A stretch of DNA of 64,000 nt from Eledone cirrhosa (Eukaryota). Under the pieces are notes generated by a model. It made no database searches and had not been told where the DNA came from. It was given only the letters and a program-made list of their open reading frames with translations. Positions 1 to 14,250 of the stretch are shown here, piece after piece; the stretch's first letter is position 1; every line of letters begins with the position of its first letter. The position numbers were made by a program, and so were the translations under genes. The stretch lies in the NCBI GenBank assembly GCA_964016885.1, contig OZ024742.1:286378001-286442000 (forward strand). The letters are read 5' to 3'.

Positions 1-130
1 GTCTTTATTATAATAATGTCACTATCAGTATTGTCTTTTATAATGGAAATAAGTGAAAGCTGTAGAGTAAGTCGTATTCTATCTTATTAGATTTGAATAA
101 TGGATATATCTAGTAACACCGAAATAACGA

Positions 131-670
131 ATTGGTGAAGTCGTTAGCGCCTTAGAACAAATTGTTTTGCTCTCTGAGTTCAAATCCTGCCGAGGTCAAC
201 TTATCTTTTCATCTTTTTTGTGATTCATAAAATAAATTCCCATTCCAGGACACTTGATTGGCTTAATCGATTGAACACCGGGCAAGATGTTTTACGGTAT
301 TTTGTTCTGTCTCTTTACGTTCTAAGTTCAAAAGTTAACGAAGTCAACTTTGCTTTTCATCCATTCAGGAGGTAGGAAGGGGAGGGTGGGGTGAAGGGGT
401 CAATAAAATAAAGTACCATTTTAGGGTGGTGAATTGGCAGAATGTTTTAAACACGGAATCAGATACCTTGTAGTATTTGCTCTGGGTCTCTGTCCTTCTG
501 GATTTTTTTTTGGGGGGGGGGGGGCGGGGGTTAGATTTAATCCGTCGCCTGGTTTAACCCCACGTCCTGTTCCTTGTGTGCTTTTAGCGAAGTTAAATCC
601 GAGGTCAACTTTGCCTTTCATCCATCATCTAGGACGATAAAAATGTACCAGTCAAGTACTGGGGGTCGAT
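131..670 (+). mobile_element. Cluster of three degenerate tRNA-derived SINE copies (octopod-type family)
   Basis: Core TCTGAGTTCAAATCC..GAGGTCAACTT..CTTTTCATC..GATAAAA..GTACCA recurs at about 173-235, 321-418 and 590-668, and matches better-preserved copies at 27352 and 48371. Confidence 0.7.
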
Positions 671-1097
671 CCTCCTCTATATCTCTTTCTTACTTCCATT
701 CTCTCCCTCTCAATCGTTCTCTGGGAGAACTTAGCTATATTGAGACCTGGAGAGGAGATGGCCTCTGCCAGGTTTTAAAATGGCCTGGTACGCCGTATGT
801 CAATACTGTGTACCAACGACTCAGTCGGGAGTTACGAGAAAAAAAAAAAAAAAAGAAATCTGGTAAAAAATATTCGAGCCAGGTTTCTGATTCGAAGATA
901 ACGACCTTCATTTCTTCCCCTGGTTTGCGTTTCCCTGGAAAATGAAGGGCCATCGTTACTGCACTTTCCCCTTATGATAAAACAGTAAAGCAAACAAACA
1001 AACAAAAGTAACTATTAAAAGATTTTCACAAGAAATATTTCTTTTCCATCTTCAAGAAATGATGACATGTAGATGTAATAAAAGTTGCTTTCTTTTG

Positions 1098-4000
1098 TTG
1101 TTGGTGGGGATTGTGGTAGTGTTGTAGTAGTTGGTGGTGGTGATAGTGGTGGTATTGGTGTGTGGTGGTGGGGATTGTGGTAGTGTTGTAGTGGTTGGTG
1201 GTGGTGATAGTGGTGGTATTGGTGGTGGTGGTGGTGGGGATTGTGGTAGTGTTGTAGTGGTTGGTGGTGGTGATAGTGGTGGTACTGGTGGTGGTGGTGG
1301 GGGTTGTGGTAGTGTTGTAGTGGTTGGTGGTGGTGATAGTGGTGGTATTGGTGTGTGGTGGTGGGGGTTGTGGTAGTGTTGTAGTGGTTGGTGGTGGTGA
1401 TAGTGGTGGTATTGGTGGTGGTGGTGGGGGTTGTGGTAGTGTTGTAGTGGTTGGTGGTGGTGATAGTGGTGGTATTGGTGGTGGTGGTGGGGGTTGTGGT
1501 AGTGTTGTAGTGGTTGGTGGTGGTGATAGTGGTGGTATTGGTGGTGGTGGTGGGGGTTGTGGTAGTGTTGTAGTGGTTGGTGGTGGTGATAGTGGTGGTA
1601 TTGGTGTGTGGTGGTGGGGATTGTGGTAGTGTTGTAGTGGTTGGTGGTGGTGATAGTGGTGGTATTGGTGGTGGTGGGGGTTGTGGTAGTGTTGTAGTAG
1701 TTGGTGGTGGTGATAGTGGTGGTATTGGTGTGTGGTGGTGGGGGTTGTGGTAGTGTTGTAGTGGTTGGTGGTGGTGATAGTGGTGGTATTGGTGGTGGTG
1801 GTGGGGATTGTGGTAGTGTTGTAGTAGTTGGTGGTGGTGATAGTGGTGGTATTGGTGGTGGTGGCGGGGATTGTGGTAGTGTTGTAGTGGTTGGTGGTGG
1901 TGATAGTGGTGGTATTGGTGTTGTTGGTGGGGATTGTGGTAGTGTTGTAGTGGTTGGTGGTGGTGATAGTGGTGGTATTGGTGGTGGTGGTGGGGATTGT
2001 GGTAGTGTTGTAGTGGTTGGTGGTGGTGATAGTGGTGGTATTGGTGGTGGTGGTGGGGATTGTGGTAGTGTTGTAGTGGTTGGTGGTGGTGATAGTGGTG
2101 GTATTGGTGGTGGTGGTGGGGATTGTGGTAGTGTTGTAGTGGTTGGTGGTGGTGATAGTGGTGGTATTGGTGGTGGTGGTGGGGATTGTGGTAGTGTTGT
2201 AGTGGTTGGTGGTGGTGATAGTGGTGGTATTGGTGGTGGTGGTGGGGATTGTGGTAGTGTTGTAGTGGTTGGTGGTGGTGATAGTGGTGGTATTGGTGGT
2301 GGTGGTGGGGATTGTGGTAGTGTTGTAGTGGTTGGTGGTGGTGATAGTGGTGGTATTGGTGGTGGTGGTGGGGATTGTGGTAGTGTTGTAGTGGTTGGTG
2401 GTGGTGATAGTGGTGGTATTGGTGGTGGTGGTGGGGATTGTGGTAGTGTTGTAGTGGTTGGTGGTGGTGATAGTGGTGGTATTGGTGGTGGTGGTGGGGA
2501 TTGTGGTAGTGTTGTAGTGGTTGGTGGTGGTGATAGTGGTGGTATTGGTGGTGGTGGTGGGGATTGTGGTAGTGTTGTAGTGGTTGGTGGTGGTGATAGT
2601 GGTGGTATTGGTGTTGTTGGTGGGGATTGTGGTAGTGTTGTAGTGGTTGGTGGTGGTGATAGTGGTGGTATTGGTGTTGTTGGTGGGGATTGCGGTAGTG
2701 TTGTAGTGGTTGGTGGTGGTGATAGTGGTGGTATTGGTGGTGGTGGGGATTGTGGTAGTGTTGTAGTGGTTGGTGGTGGTGATAGTGGTGGTATTGGTGG
2801 TGGTGGTGGGGATTGTGGTAGTGTTGTAGTGGTTGGTGGTGGTGATAGTGGTGGTATTGGTGTTGTTGGTGGGGATTGTGGTAGTGTTGTAGTGGTTGGT
2901 GGTGGTGATAGTGGTGGTATTGGTGTTGTTGGTGGGGATTGCGGTAGTGTTGTAGTGGTTGGTGGTGGTGATAGTGGTGGTATTGGTGGTGGTGGGGATT
3001 GTGGTAGTGTTGTAGTGGTTGGTGGTGGTGATAGTGGTGGTATTGGTGGTGGTGGTGGTGGGGATTGTGGTAGTGTTGTAGTGGTTGGTGGTGGTGATAG
3101 TGGTGGTATTGGTGGTGGTGGGGATTGTGGTAGTGTTGTAGTGGTTGGTGGTGGTGATAGTGGTGGTATTGGTGGTGGTGGTGGGGATTGTGGTAGTGTT
3201 GTAGTGGTTGGTGGTGGTGATAGTGGTGGTATTGGTGGTGGTGGTGGGGATTGTGGTAGTGTTGTAGTGGTTGGTGGTGGTGATAGTGGTGGTATTGGTG
3301 TTGTTGGTGGGGATTGTGGTAGTGTTGTAGTGGTTGGTGGTGGTGATAGTGGTGGTATTGGTGGTGGTGGTGGGGGTTGTGGTAGTGTTGTAGTGGTTGG
3401 TGGTGGTGATAGTGGTGGTATTGGTGGTGGTGGGGATTGTGGTAGTGTTGTAGTGGTTGGTGGTGGTGATAGTGGTGGTATTGGTGGTGGTGGGGATTGT
3501 GGTAGTGTTGTAGTGGTTGGTGGTGGTGATAGTGGTGGTATTGGTGGTGGTGGTGGTGGGGATTGTGGTAGTGTTGTAGTGGTTGGTGGTGGTGATAGTG
3601 GTGGTATTGGTGGTGGTGGGGATTGTGGTAGTGTTGTAGTGGTTGGTGGTGGTGATAGTGGTGGTATTGGTGTTGTTGGTGGGGATTGTGGTAGTGTTGT
3701 AGTGGTTGGTGGTGGTGATAGTGGTGGTATTGGTGGTGGTGGTGGGGATTGTGGTAGTGTTGTAGTGGTTGGTGGTGGTGATAGTGGTGGTATTGGTGTT
3801 GTTGGTGGGGATTGTGGTAGTGTTGTAGTGGTTGGTGGTGGTGATAGTGGTGGTATTGGTGGTGGTGGGGATTGTGGTAGTGTTGTAGTGGTTGGTGGTG
3901 GTGATAGTGGTGGTATTGGTGGTGGTGGGGATTGTGGTAGTGTTGTAGTGGTTGGTGGTGGTGATAGTGGTGGTATTGGTGGTGGTGGGGATTGTGGTAG

Positions 4001-7000
4001 TGTTGTAGTGGTTGGTGGTGGTGATAGTGGTGGTATTGGTGGTGGTGGTGGGGGTTGTGGTAGTGTTGTAGTGGTTGGTGGTGGTGATAGTGGTGGTATT
4101 GGTGGTGGTGGTGGGGATTGTGGTAGTGTTGTAGTGGTTGGTGGTGGTGATAGTGGTGGTATTGGTGGTGGTGGTGGGGATTGTAGTAGTGTTGTAGTGG
4201 TTGGTGGTGGTGATAGTGGTGGTATTGGTGGTGGTGGTGGGGATTGTGGTAGTGTTGTAGTGGTTGGTGGTGGTGATAGTGGTGGTATTGGTGGTGGTGG
4301 TGGGGATTGTGGTAGTGTTGTAGTGGTTGGTGGTGGTGATAGTGGTGGTATTGGTGGTGGTGGGGATTGTGGTAGTGTTGTAGTGGTTGGTGGTGGTGAT
4401 AGTGGTGGTATTGGTGGTGGTGGTGGGGATTGTGGTAGTGTTGTAGTGGTTGGTGGTGGTGATAGTGGTGGTATTGGTGGTGGTGGTGGGGATTGTGGTA
4501 GTGTTGTAGTGGTTGGTGGTGGTGATAGTGGTGGTATTGGTGGTGGTGGGGATTGTGGTAGTGTTGTAGTGGTTGGTGGTGGTGATAGTGGTGGTATTGG
4601 TGGTGGTGGTGGGGATTGTGGTAGTGTTGTAGTGGTTGGTGGTGGTGATAGTGGTGGTATTGGTGGTGGTGGGGATTGTGGTAGTGTTGTAGTGGTTGGT
4701 GGTGGTGATAGTGGTGGTATTGGTGGTGGTGGTGGGGATTGTGGTAGTGTTGTAGTGGTTGGTGGTGGTGATAGTGGTGGTATTGGTGGTGGTGGGGATT
4801 GTGGTAGTGTTGTAGTGGTTGGTGGTGGTGATAGTGGTGGTATTGGTGGTGGTGGGGATTGTGGTAGTGTTGTAGTGGTTGGTGGTGGTGATAGTGGTGG
4901 TATTGGTGGTGGTGGGGATTGTGGTAGTGTTGTAGTGGTTGGTGGTGGTGATAGTGGTGGTATTGGTGGTGGTGGTGGGGATTGTGGTAGTGTTGTAGTG
5001 GTTGATGGTGGTGATAGTGGTGGTATTGGTGGTGGTGGTGGGGATTGTGGTAGTGTTGTAGTGGTTGATGGTGGTGATAGTGGTGGTATTGGTGGTGGTG
5101 GTGGAGATTGTGGTAGTGTTGTAGTGGTTGGTGGTGGTGATAGTGGTGGTATTGGTGGTGGTGGGGATTGTGGTAGTGTTGTAGTGGTTGGTGGTGGTGA
5201 TAGTGGTGGTATTGGTGGTGGTGGTGGTGGGGATTGTGGTAGTGTTGTAGTGGTTGGTGGTGGTGATAGTGGTGGTATTGGTGGTGGTGGGGATTGTGGT
5301 AGTGTTGTAGTGGTTGGTGGTGGTGATAGTGGTGGTATTGGTGGTGGTGGTGGGGATTGTAGTAGTGTTGTAGTGGTTGGTGGTGGTGATAGTGGTGGTA
5401 TTGGTGGTGGTGGTGGGGATTGTAGTAGTGTTGTAGTGGTTGGTGGTGGTGATAGTGGTGGTATTGGTGGTGGTGGTGGGGGTTGTAGTAGTGTTGTAGT
5501 GGTTGGTGGTGGTGAAAGTAGTGGTATTGGTGGTGGTGGGAATTGTGGTAGTGTTGTAGTGGTTGGTGGTGGTGATAGTGTTGGTATCGGTGGTGGTGGT
5601 GGGGGTTGTGGTAGTGTTGTAGTGGTTGGTGGTGGTGATAGTGGTGGTATTGGTGGTGGTGGTGGGGATTGTGGTAGTGTTGTAGTGGTTGGTGGTGGTG
5701 ATAGTGGTGGTATTGGTGGTGGTGGTGGGGATTGTGGTAGTGTTGTAGTGGTTGGTGGTGGTGATAGTGGTGGTATTGGTGGTGGTGGAGATTGTGGTAG
5801 TGTTGTAGTGGTTGGTGGTGGTGATAGTGGTGGTATTGGTGGTGGTGGGGATTGTGGTAGTGTTGTAGTGGTTGGTGGTGGTGATAGTGGTGGTATTGGT
5901 GGTGGTGGGGATTGTGGTAGTGTTGTAGTGGTTGGTGGTGGTGATAGTGGTGGTATTGGTGGTGGTGGAGATTGTGGTAGTGTTGTTGTGGTTGGTGGTG
6001 GTGATAGTGGTGGTATTGGTGGTGGTGGTGGGGATTGTAGTAGTGTTGTAGTGGTTGGTGGTGGTGATAGTGGTGGTATTGGTGGTGGTGGAGATTGTGG
6101 TAGTGTTGTAGTGGTTGGTGGTGGTGATAGTGGTGGTATTGGTGGTGGTGGGGATTGTGGTAGTGTTGTAGTGGTTGGTGGTGGTGATAGTGGTGGTATT
6201 GGTGGTGGTGGTGGGGATTGTGGTAGTGTTGTAGTGGTTGGTGGTGGTGATAGTGGTGGTATTGGTGGTGGTGGTGGGGGTTGTGGTAGTGTTGTAGTGG
6301 TTGGTGGTGGTGATAGTGGTGGTATTGGTGGTGGTGGGGATTGTGGTAGTGTTGTAGTGGTTGGTGGTGGTGATAGTGGTGGTATTGGTTGTGGTGGTGG
6401 GGGTTGTGGTAGTGTTGTAGTGGTTGGTGGTGGTGATAGTGGTGGTATTGGTGGTGGTGGGGATTGTGGTAGTGTTGTAGTGGTTGGTGGTGGTGATAAT
6501 GGTGGTATTGGTGGTGGTGGGGATTGTGGTAGTGTTGTAGTGGTTGGTGGTGGTGATAGTGGTGGTATTGGTGGTGGTGGGGATTGTGGTAGTGTTGTAG
6601 TGGTTGGTGGTGGTGATAATGGTGGTATTGGTGGTGGTGGGGATTGTGGTAGTGTTGTAGTGGTTGGTGGAGGTGATAGTGGTGGTATTGGTGGTGGTGG
6701 GGATTGTGGTAGTGTTGTAGTGGTTGGTGGTGGTGATAGTGGTGGTATTGGTGGTGGTGGGGATTGTGGTAGTGTTGTAGTGGTTGGTGGTGGTGATAGT
6801 GGTGGTATTGGTGGTGGTGGAGATTGTGGTAGTGTTGTAGTGGTTGGTGGTGGTGATAGTGGTGGTATTGGTGGTGGTGGGGATTGTGGTAGTGTTGTAG
6901 TGGTTGGTGGTGGTGATAGTGGTGGTATTGGTGGTGGTGGTGGTGGGGATTGTGGTAGTGTTGTAGTGGTTGGTGGTGGTGATAGTGGTGTTATTGGTGG

Positions 7001-10000
7001 TGGTGGGGATTGTGGTAGTGTTGTAGTGGTTGGTGGTGGTGATAGTGGTGGTATTGGTGGTGGTGGGGATTGTGGTAGTGTTGTAGTGGTTGGTGGTGGT
7101 GATAGTGGTGGTATTGGTGGTGGTGGTGGGGATTGTGGTAGTGCTGTAGTGGTTGATGGTGGTGATTGTGGTGGTATTGGTGGTGGTGGGGATTGTGGTA
7201 GTGTTGTAGTGGTTGGTGGTGGTGATAGTGGTGGTATTGGTGGTGGTGGTGGGGATTGTAGTAGTGTTGTAGTGGTTGGTGGTGGTGATAGTGGTGGTAT
7301 TGGTGGTGGTGGGGATTGTGGTAGTGTTGTAGTGGTTGGTGGTGGTGATAGTGGTGGTATTGGTGGTGGTGGGGATTGTGGTAGTGTTGTAGTGGTTGGT
7401 GGTGGTGATAGTGGTGGTATTGGTGGTGGTGGGGATTGTGGTAGTGTTGTAGTGGTTGGTGGTGGTGATAGTGGTAGTATTGGTGGTGGTGGGGATTGTA
7501 GTAGTGTTGTAGTGGTTGGTGGTGGTGATAGTGGTGGTATTGGTGGTGGTGGGGATTGTGGTAGTGTTGTAGTGGTTGGTGGTGGTGATGGTGGTGGGGA
7601 TTGTGGTAGTGTTGTAGTGGTTGGTGGTGGTGATAGTGGTGGTATTGGTGGTGGTGGAGATTGTGGTAGTGTTTTAGTGGTTGGTGGTGGTGATAGTGGT
7701 GGTATTGGTGGTGGTGGGGATTGTAGTAGTGTTGTAGTGGTTGGTGGTGGTGATAGTGGTGGTATTGGTGGTGGTGGGGATTGTGGTAGTGTTGTAGTGG
7801 TTGGTGGTGGTGATAGTGGTGGTATTGGTGGTGGTGGTGGGGGTTGTGGTAGTGTTGTAGTGGTTGGTGGTGGTGATGGTGGTGGGGATTGTGACAGTGT
7901 TGTAGTGGTTGGTGGTGGTGATAGTGGTGGTATTGGTGGTGGTGGAGATTGTGGTAGTGTTGTAGTGGTTGGTGGTGGTGATAGTGGTGGTATTGGTGGT
8001 GGTGGGGATTGTAGTAGTGTTGTAGTGGTTGGTGGTGGTGATAGTGGTGGTATTGGTGGTGGTGGGGATTGTGGTAGTGTTGTAGTGGTTGGTGGTGGTG
8101 ATAGTGGTGGTATTGGTGGTGGTGGTGGGGGTTGTGGTAGTGTTGTAGTGGTTGGTGGTGGTGACGGTGGTGGGGATTGTGACAGTGTTGTAGTGGTTGG
8201 TGGTGGTGATAGTGGTGGTATTGGTGGTGGTGGGGATTGTGGTAGTGTTGTAGTGGTTGGTGGTGGTGATAATGGTGGTATTGGTGGTGGTGGGGATTGT
8301 GGTAGTGTTGTAGTGGTTGGTGGTGGTGATAATGGTGGTATTGGTGGTGGTGGGGATTGTGGTAGTGTTGTAGTAGTTGGTGGTGGTGATAGTGGTGGTA
8401 TTGGTGGTGGTGGGGATTGTGGTAGTGTTGTAGTGGTTGGTGGTGGTGATAATGGTGGTATTGGTGGTGGTGGGGATTGTGGTAGTGTTGTAGTAGTTGG
8501 TGGTGGTGATAGTGGTGGTATTGGTGGTGGTGGGGATTGTGGTAGTGTTGTAGTGGTTGGTGGTGGTGATAATGGTGGTATTGGTGGTGGTGGGGATTGT
8601 GGTAGTGTTGTAGTGGTTGGTGGTGGTGATAGTGGTGGTATTGGTGGTGGTGGTGGGGATTGTGGTAGTGTTGTAGTGGTTGGTGGTGGTGATAATGGTG
8701 GTATTGGTGGTGGTGGGGATTGTGGTAGTGTTGTAGTGGTTGGTGGTGGTGATAATGGTGGTATTGGTGGTGGTGGGGATTGTGGTAGTGTTGTAGTGGT
8801 TGGTGGTGGTGATAATGGTGGTATTGGTGGTAGTGGGGATTGTGGTAGTGTTGTAGTGGTTGGTGGTGGTGATAATGGTGGTATTGGTGGTGGTGGGGAT
8901 TGTGGTAGTGTTGTAGTGGTTGGTGGTGGTGATAGTGGTGGTATTGGTGGTGGTGGGGATTGTGGTAGTGTTGTAGTGGTTGGTGGTGGTGATAATGGTG
9001 GTATTGGTGGTGGTGGGGATTGTGGTAGTGTTGTAGTGGTTGGTGGTGGTGATAATGGTGGTATTGGTGGTAGTGGGGATTGTGGTAGTGTTGTAGTGGT
9101 TGGTGGTGGTGATAATGGTGGTATTGGTGGTGGTGGGGATTGTGGTAGTGTTGTAGTGGTTGGTGGTGGTGATAGTGGTGGTATTGGTGGTGGTGGGGAT
9201 TGTGGTAGTGTTGTAGTGGTTGGTGGTGGTGATAGTGGTGGTATTGGTGGTGGTGGTGGGGATTGTAGTAGTGTTGTAGTGGTTGGTGGTGGTGATAGTG
9301 GTGGTATTGGTGGTGGTGGTGGGGATTGTAGTAGTGTTGTAGTGGTTGGTGGTGGTGACGGTGGTGGGGATTGTGACAGTGTTGTAGTGGTTGGTGGTAG
9401 TGATAGTGGTGGTATTGGTGGTGGTGGTGGGGATTGTGGTAGTGTTGTAGTGGTTGGTGGTGGTGATAGTGGTGGTATTGGCGGTGGTGGAGATTGTGGT
9501 AGTGTTGTAGTGGTTGGTGGTGGTGATAGTGGTGGTATTGGTGGTGGTGGGGATTGTGGTAGTGTTGTAGTGGTTGGTGGTGGTGATAGTGGTGGTATTG
9601 GTGGTGGTGGGGTTTGTGGTAGTGTTGTAGTGGTTGGTGGTGGTGATAGTGGTGGTATTGGTGGTGGTGGAGATTGTGGTAGTGTTGTAGTGGTTGGTGG
9701 TGGTGATAGTGGTGGTATTGGTGGTGGTGGTGGGGATTGTAGTAGTGTTGTAGTGGTTGGTGGTGGTGATAGTGGTGGTATTGGTGGTGGTGGAGATTGT
9801 GGTAGTGTTGTAGTGGTTGGTGGTGGTGATAGTGGTGGTATTGGTGGTGGTGGGGATTGTGGTAGTGTTGTAGTGGTTGGTGGTGGTGATAGTGGTGGTA
9901 TTGGTGGTGGTGGTGGGGATTGTGGTAGTGTTGTAGTGGTTGGTGGTGGTGATAGTGGTGGTATTGGTGGTGGTGGTGGGGGTTGTGGTAGTGTTGTAGT

Positions 10001-13000
10001 GGTTGGTGGTGGTATTGGTGGTGGTGGGGATTGTGGTAGTGTTGTAGTGGTTGGTGGTGGTGATAGTGGTGGTATTGGTGGTGGTGGGGATTGTGGTAGT
10101 GTTGTAGTGGTTGGTGGTGGTGATAGTGGTGGTATTGGTGGTGGTGGGGATTGTGGTAGTGTTGTAGTGGTTGGTGGTGGTGATAATGGTGGTATTGGTG
10201 GTGGTGGGGATTGTGGTAGTGTTGTAGTGGTTGGTGGTGGTATTGGTGGTGGTGGGGATTGTGGTAGTGTTGTAGTGGTTGGTGGTGGTGATAATGGTGG
10301 TATTGGTGGTGGTGGGGATTGTGGTAGTGTTGTAGTGGTTGGTGGTGGTGATAGTGGTGGTATTGGTGGTGGTGGGGATTGTGGTAGTGTTGTAGTGGTT
10401 GGTGGTGGTGATAGTGGTGGTATTGGTGGTGGTGGGGATTGTGGTAGTGTTGTAGTGGTTGGTGGTGGTGATAGTGGTGGTATTGGTGGTGGTGGGGATT
10501 GTGGTAGTGTTGTAGTGGTTGGTGGTGGTGATAGTGGTGGTATTGGTGGTGGTGGGGATTGTGGTAGTGTTGTAGTGGTTGGTGGTGGTGATAGTGGTGG
10601 TATTGGTGGTGGTGGGGATTGTGGTAGTGTTGTAGTGGTTGGTGGTGGTGATAGTGGTGGTATTGGTGGTGGTGGGGATTGTGGTAGTGTTGTAGTGGTT
10701 GGTGGTGGTGATAGTGGTGGTATTGGTGGTGGTGGGGATTGTGGTAGTGTTGTAGTGGTTGGTGGTGGTGATAGTGGTGGTATTGGTGGTGGTGGTGGGG
10801 ATTGTGGTAGTGTTGTAGTGGTTGATGGTGGTGATTGTGGTGGTATTGGTGGTGGTGGGGATTGTGGTAGTGTTGTAGTGGTTGGTGGTGGTGATAGTGG
10901 TGGTATTGGTGGTGGTGGTGGGGATTGTAGTAGTGTTGTAGTGGTTGGTGGTGGTGATAGTGGTGGTATTGGTGGTGGTGGGGATTGTGGTAGTGTTGTA
11001 GTGGTTGGTGGTGGTGATAGTGGTGGTATTGGTGGTGGTGGGGATTGTGGTAGTGTTGTAGTGGTTGGTGGTGGTGATAGTGGTGGTATTGGTGGTGGTG
11101 GGGATTGTGGTAGTGTTGTAGTGGTTGGTGGTGGTGATAGTGGTGGTATTGGTGGTGGTGGGGATTGTAGTAGTGTTGTAGTGGTTGGTGGTGGTGATAG
11201 TGGTGGTATTGGTGGTGGTGGGGATTGTGGTAGTGTTGTAGTGGTTGGTGGTGGTGATAGTGGTGGTATTGGTGGTGGTGGGGATTGTAGTAGTGTTGTA
11301 GTGGTTGGTGGTGGTGATAGTGGTGGTATTGGTGGTGGTGGTGGGGGTTGTGGTAGTGTTGTAGTGGTTGGTGGTGGTGACGGTGGTGGGGATTGTGACA
11401 GTGTTGTAGTGGTTGGTGGTGGTGATAGTGGTGGTATTGGTGGTGGTGGGGATTGTGGTAGTGTTGTAGTGGTTGGTGGTGGTGATAATGGTGGTATTGG
11501 TGGTGGTGGGGATTGTAGTAGTGTTGTAGTGGTTGGTGGTGGTGATAGTGGTGGTATTGGTGGTGGTGGGGATTGTGGTAGTGTTGTAGTGGTTGGTGGT
11601 GGTGATAGTGGTGGTATTGGTGGTGGTGGTGGGGGTTGTGGTAGTGTTGTAGTGGTTGGTGGTGGTGACGGTGGTGGGGATTGTGACAGTGTTGTAGTGG
11701 TTGGTGGTGGTGATAGTGGTGGTATTGGTGGTGGTGGGGATTGTGGTAGTGTTGTAGTGGTTGGTGGTGGTGATAATGGTGGTATTGGTGGTGGTGGGGA
11801 TTGTGGTAGTGTTGTAGTGGTTGGTGGTGGTGATAGTGGTGGTATTGGTGGTGGTGGGGATTGTGGTAGTGTTGTAGTGGTTGGTGGTCGTGATAATGGT
11901 GGTATTGGTGGTGGTGGGGATTGTGGTAGTGTTGTAGTGGTTGGTGGTGGTGATAATGGTGGTATTGGTGGTGGTGGGGATTGTGGTAGTGTTGTAGTGG
12001 TTGGTGGTGGTGATAATGGTGGTATTGGTGGTAGTGGGGATTGTGGTAGTGTTGTAGTGGTTGGTGGTGGTGATAGTGGTGGTATTGGTGGTGGTGGGGA
12101 TTGTGGTAGTGTTGTAGTGGTTGGTGGTGGTGATAATGGTGGTATTGGTGGTGGTGGGGATTGTGGTAGTGTTGTAGTGGTTGGTGGTGGTGATAGTGGT
12201 GGTATTGGTGGTGGTGGGGATTGTGGTAGTGTTGTAGTGGTTGGTGGTGGTGATAATGGTGGTATTGGTGGTGGTGGGGATTGTAGTAGTGTTGTAGTGG
12301 TTGGTGGTGGTGATAATGGTGGTATTGGTGGTGGTGGGGATTGTGGTAGTGTTGTAGTGGTTGGTGGTGGTGATAGTGGTGGTATTGGTGGTGGTGGTGG
12401 GGATTGTGGTAGTGTTGTAGTGGTTGGTGGTGGTGATAATGGTGGTATTGGTGGTGGTGGGGATTGTGGTAGTGTTGTAGTGGTTGGTGGTGGTGATAGT
12501 GGTGGTATTGGTGGTGGTGGTGGGGATTGTAGTAGTGTTGTAGTGGTTGGTGGTGGTGATAGTGGTGGTATTGGTGGTGGTGGTGGGGATTGTAGTAGTG
12601 TTGTAGTGGTTGGTGGTGGTGATAGTGGTGGTATTGGTGGTGGTGGTGGGGATTGTAGTAGTGTTGTAGTGGTTGGTGGTGGTGACGGTGGTGGGGATTG
12701 TGACAGTGTTGTAGTGGTTGGTGGTGGTGATATTGGTGGTATTGGTGGTGGTGGGGATTGTGGTAGTGTTGTAGTGGTTGGTGGTGGTGATAATGGTGGT
12801 ATTGGTGGTGGTGGGGATTGTGGTAGTGTTGTAGTGGTTGGTGGTGGTGATAATGGTGGTATTGGTGGTGGTGGGGATTGTGGTAGTGTTGTAGTGGTTG
12901 GTGGTGGTGATAGTGGTGGTATTGGTGGTGGTGGGGATTGTGGTAGTGTTGTAGTGGTTGGTGGTGGTGATAGTGGTGGTATTGTTGGTGGTGGGGATTG

Positions 13001-14250
13001 TGGTAGTGTTGTAGTGGTTGGTGGTGGTGATAGTGGTGGTATTGGTGGTGGTGGGGATTGTGGTAGTGTTGTAGTGGTTGGTGGTGGTGATAGTGGTGGT
13101 ATTGGTGGTGGTGGGGATTGTGGTAGTGTTGTAGTGGTTGGTGGTGGTGATAGTGGTGGTATTGGTGGTGGTGGGGATTGTGGTAGTGTTGTAGTGGTTG
13201 GTGGTGGTGATAGTGGTGGTATTGGTGGTGGTGGGGATTGTGGTAGTGTTGTAGTGGTTGGTGGTGGTGATAGTGGTGGTATTGGTGGTGGTGGGGATTG
13301 TGGTAGTGTTGTAGTGGTTGGTGGTGGTGATAGTGGTGGTATTGGTGGTGGTGGTGGGGATTGTGGTAGTGTTGTAGTGGTTGATGGTGGTGATTGTGGT
13401 GGTATTGGTGGTGGTGGGGATTGTGGTAGTGTTGTAGTGGTTGGTGGTGGTGATAGTGGTGGTATTGGTGGTGGTGGTGGGGATTGTAGTAGTGTTGTAG
13501 TGGTTGGTGGTGGTGATAGTGGTGGTATTGGTGGTGGTGGGGATTGTGGTAGTGTTGTAGTGGTTGGTGGTGGTGATAATGGTGGTATTGGTGGTGGTGG
13601 GGATTGTAGTAGTGTTGTAGTGGTTGGTGGTGGTGATAATGGTGGTATTGGTGGTGGTGGGGATTGTGGTAGTGTTGTAGTGGTTGGTGGTGGTGATAGT
13701 GGTGGTATTGGTGGTGGTGGTGGGGATTGTGGTAGTGTTGTAGTGGTTGGTGGTGGTGATAATGGTGGTATTGGTGGTGGTGGGGATTGTGGTAATGTTG
13801 TAGTGGTTGGTGGTGGTGATAGTGGTGGTATTGGTGGTGGTGGTGGGGATTGTAGTAGTGTTGTAGTGGTTGGTGGTGGTGATAGTGGTGGTATTGGTGG
13901 TGGTGGTGGGGATTGTAGTAGTGTTGTAGTGGTTGGTGGTGGTGATAGTGGTGGTATTGGTGGTGGTGGTGGGGATTGTAGTAGTGTTGTAGTGGTTGGT
14001 GGTGGTGACGGTGGTGGGGATTGTGACAGTGTTGTAGTGGTTGGTGGTGGTGATATTGGTGGTATTGGTGGTGGTGGGGATTGTGGTAGTGTTGTAGTGG
14101 TTGGTGGTGGTGATAATGGTGGTATTGGTGGTGGTGGGGATTGTGGTACCGTTGTAGTGGTTGGTGGTGGTGACGGTGGTGGGGATTGTGACAGTGTTGT
14201 AGTGGTTGGTGGTGGTGATAGTGGTGTTGTTGTTGGCTGTGGTAGGGGGT
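1098..14250. repeat. 13.1-kb GGT-derived minisatellite, 60/63-bp unit (GGGGATTGTGGTAGTGTTGTAGTGGTTGGTGGTGGTGATAGTGGTGGTATTGGTGGTGGT), about 210 units
   Basis: Tandem array seen directly; unit length varies by whole GGT triplets. It produces the 4183-aa low-complexity ORF 1701..14252. Confidence 0.97.

Noticed and set aside
735-953. Possible host exon on the minus strand
   Set aside because: No recognisable domain; splice signals are weak and unsupported.
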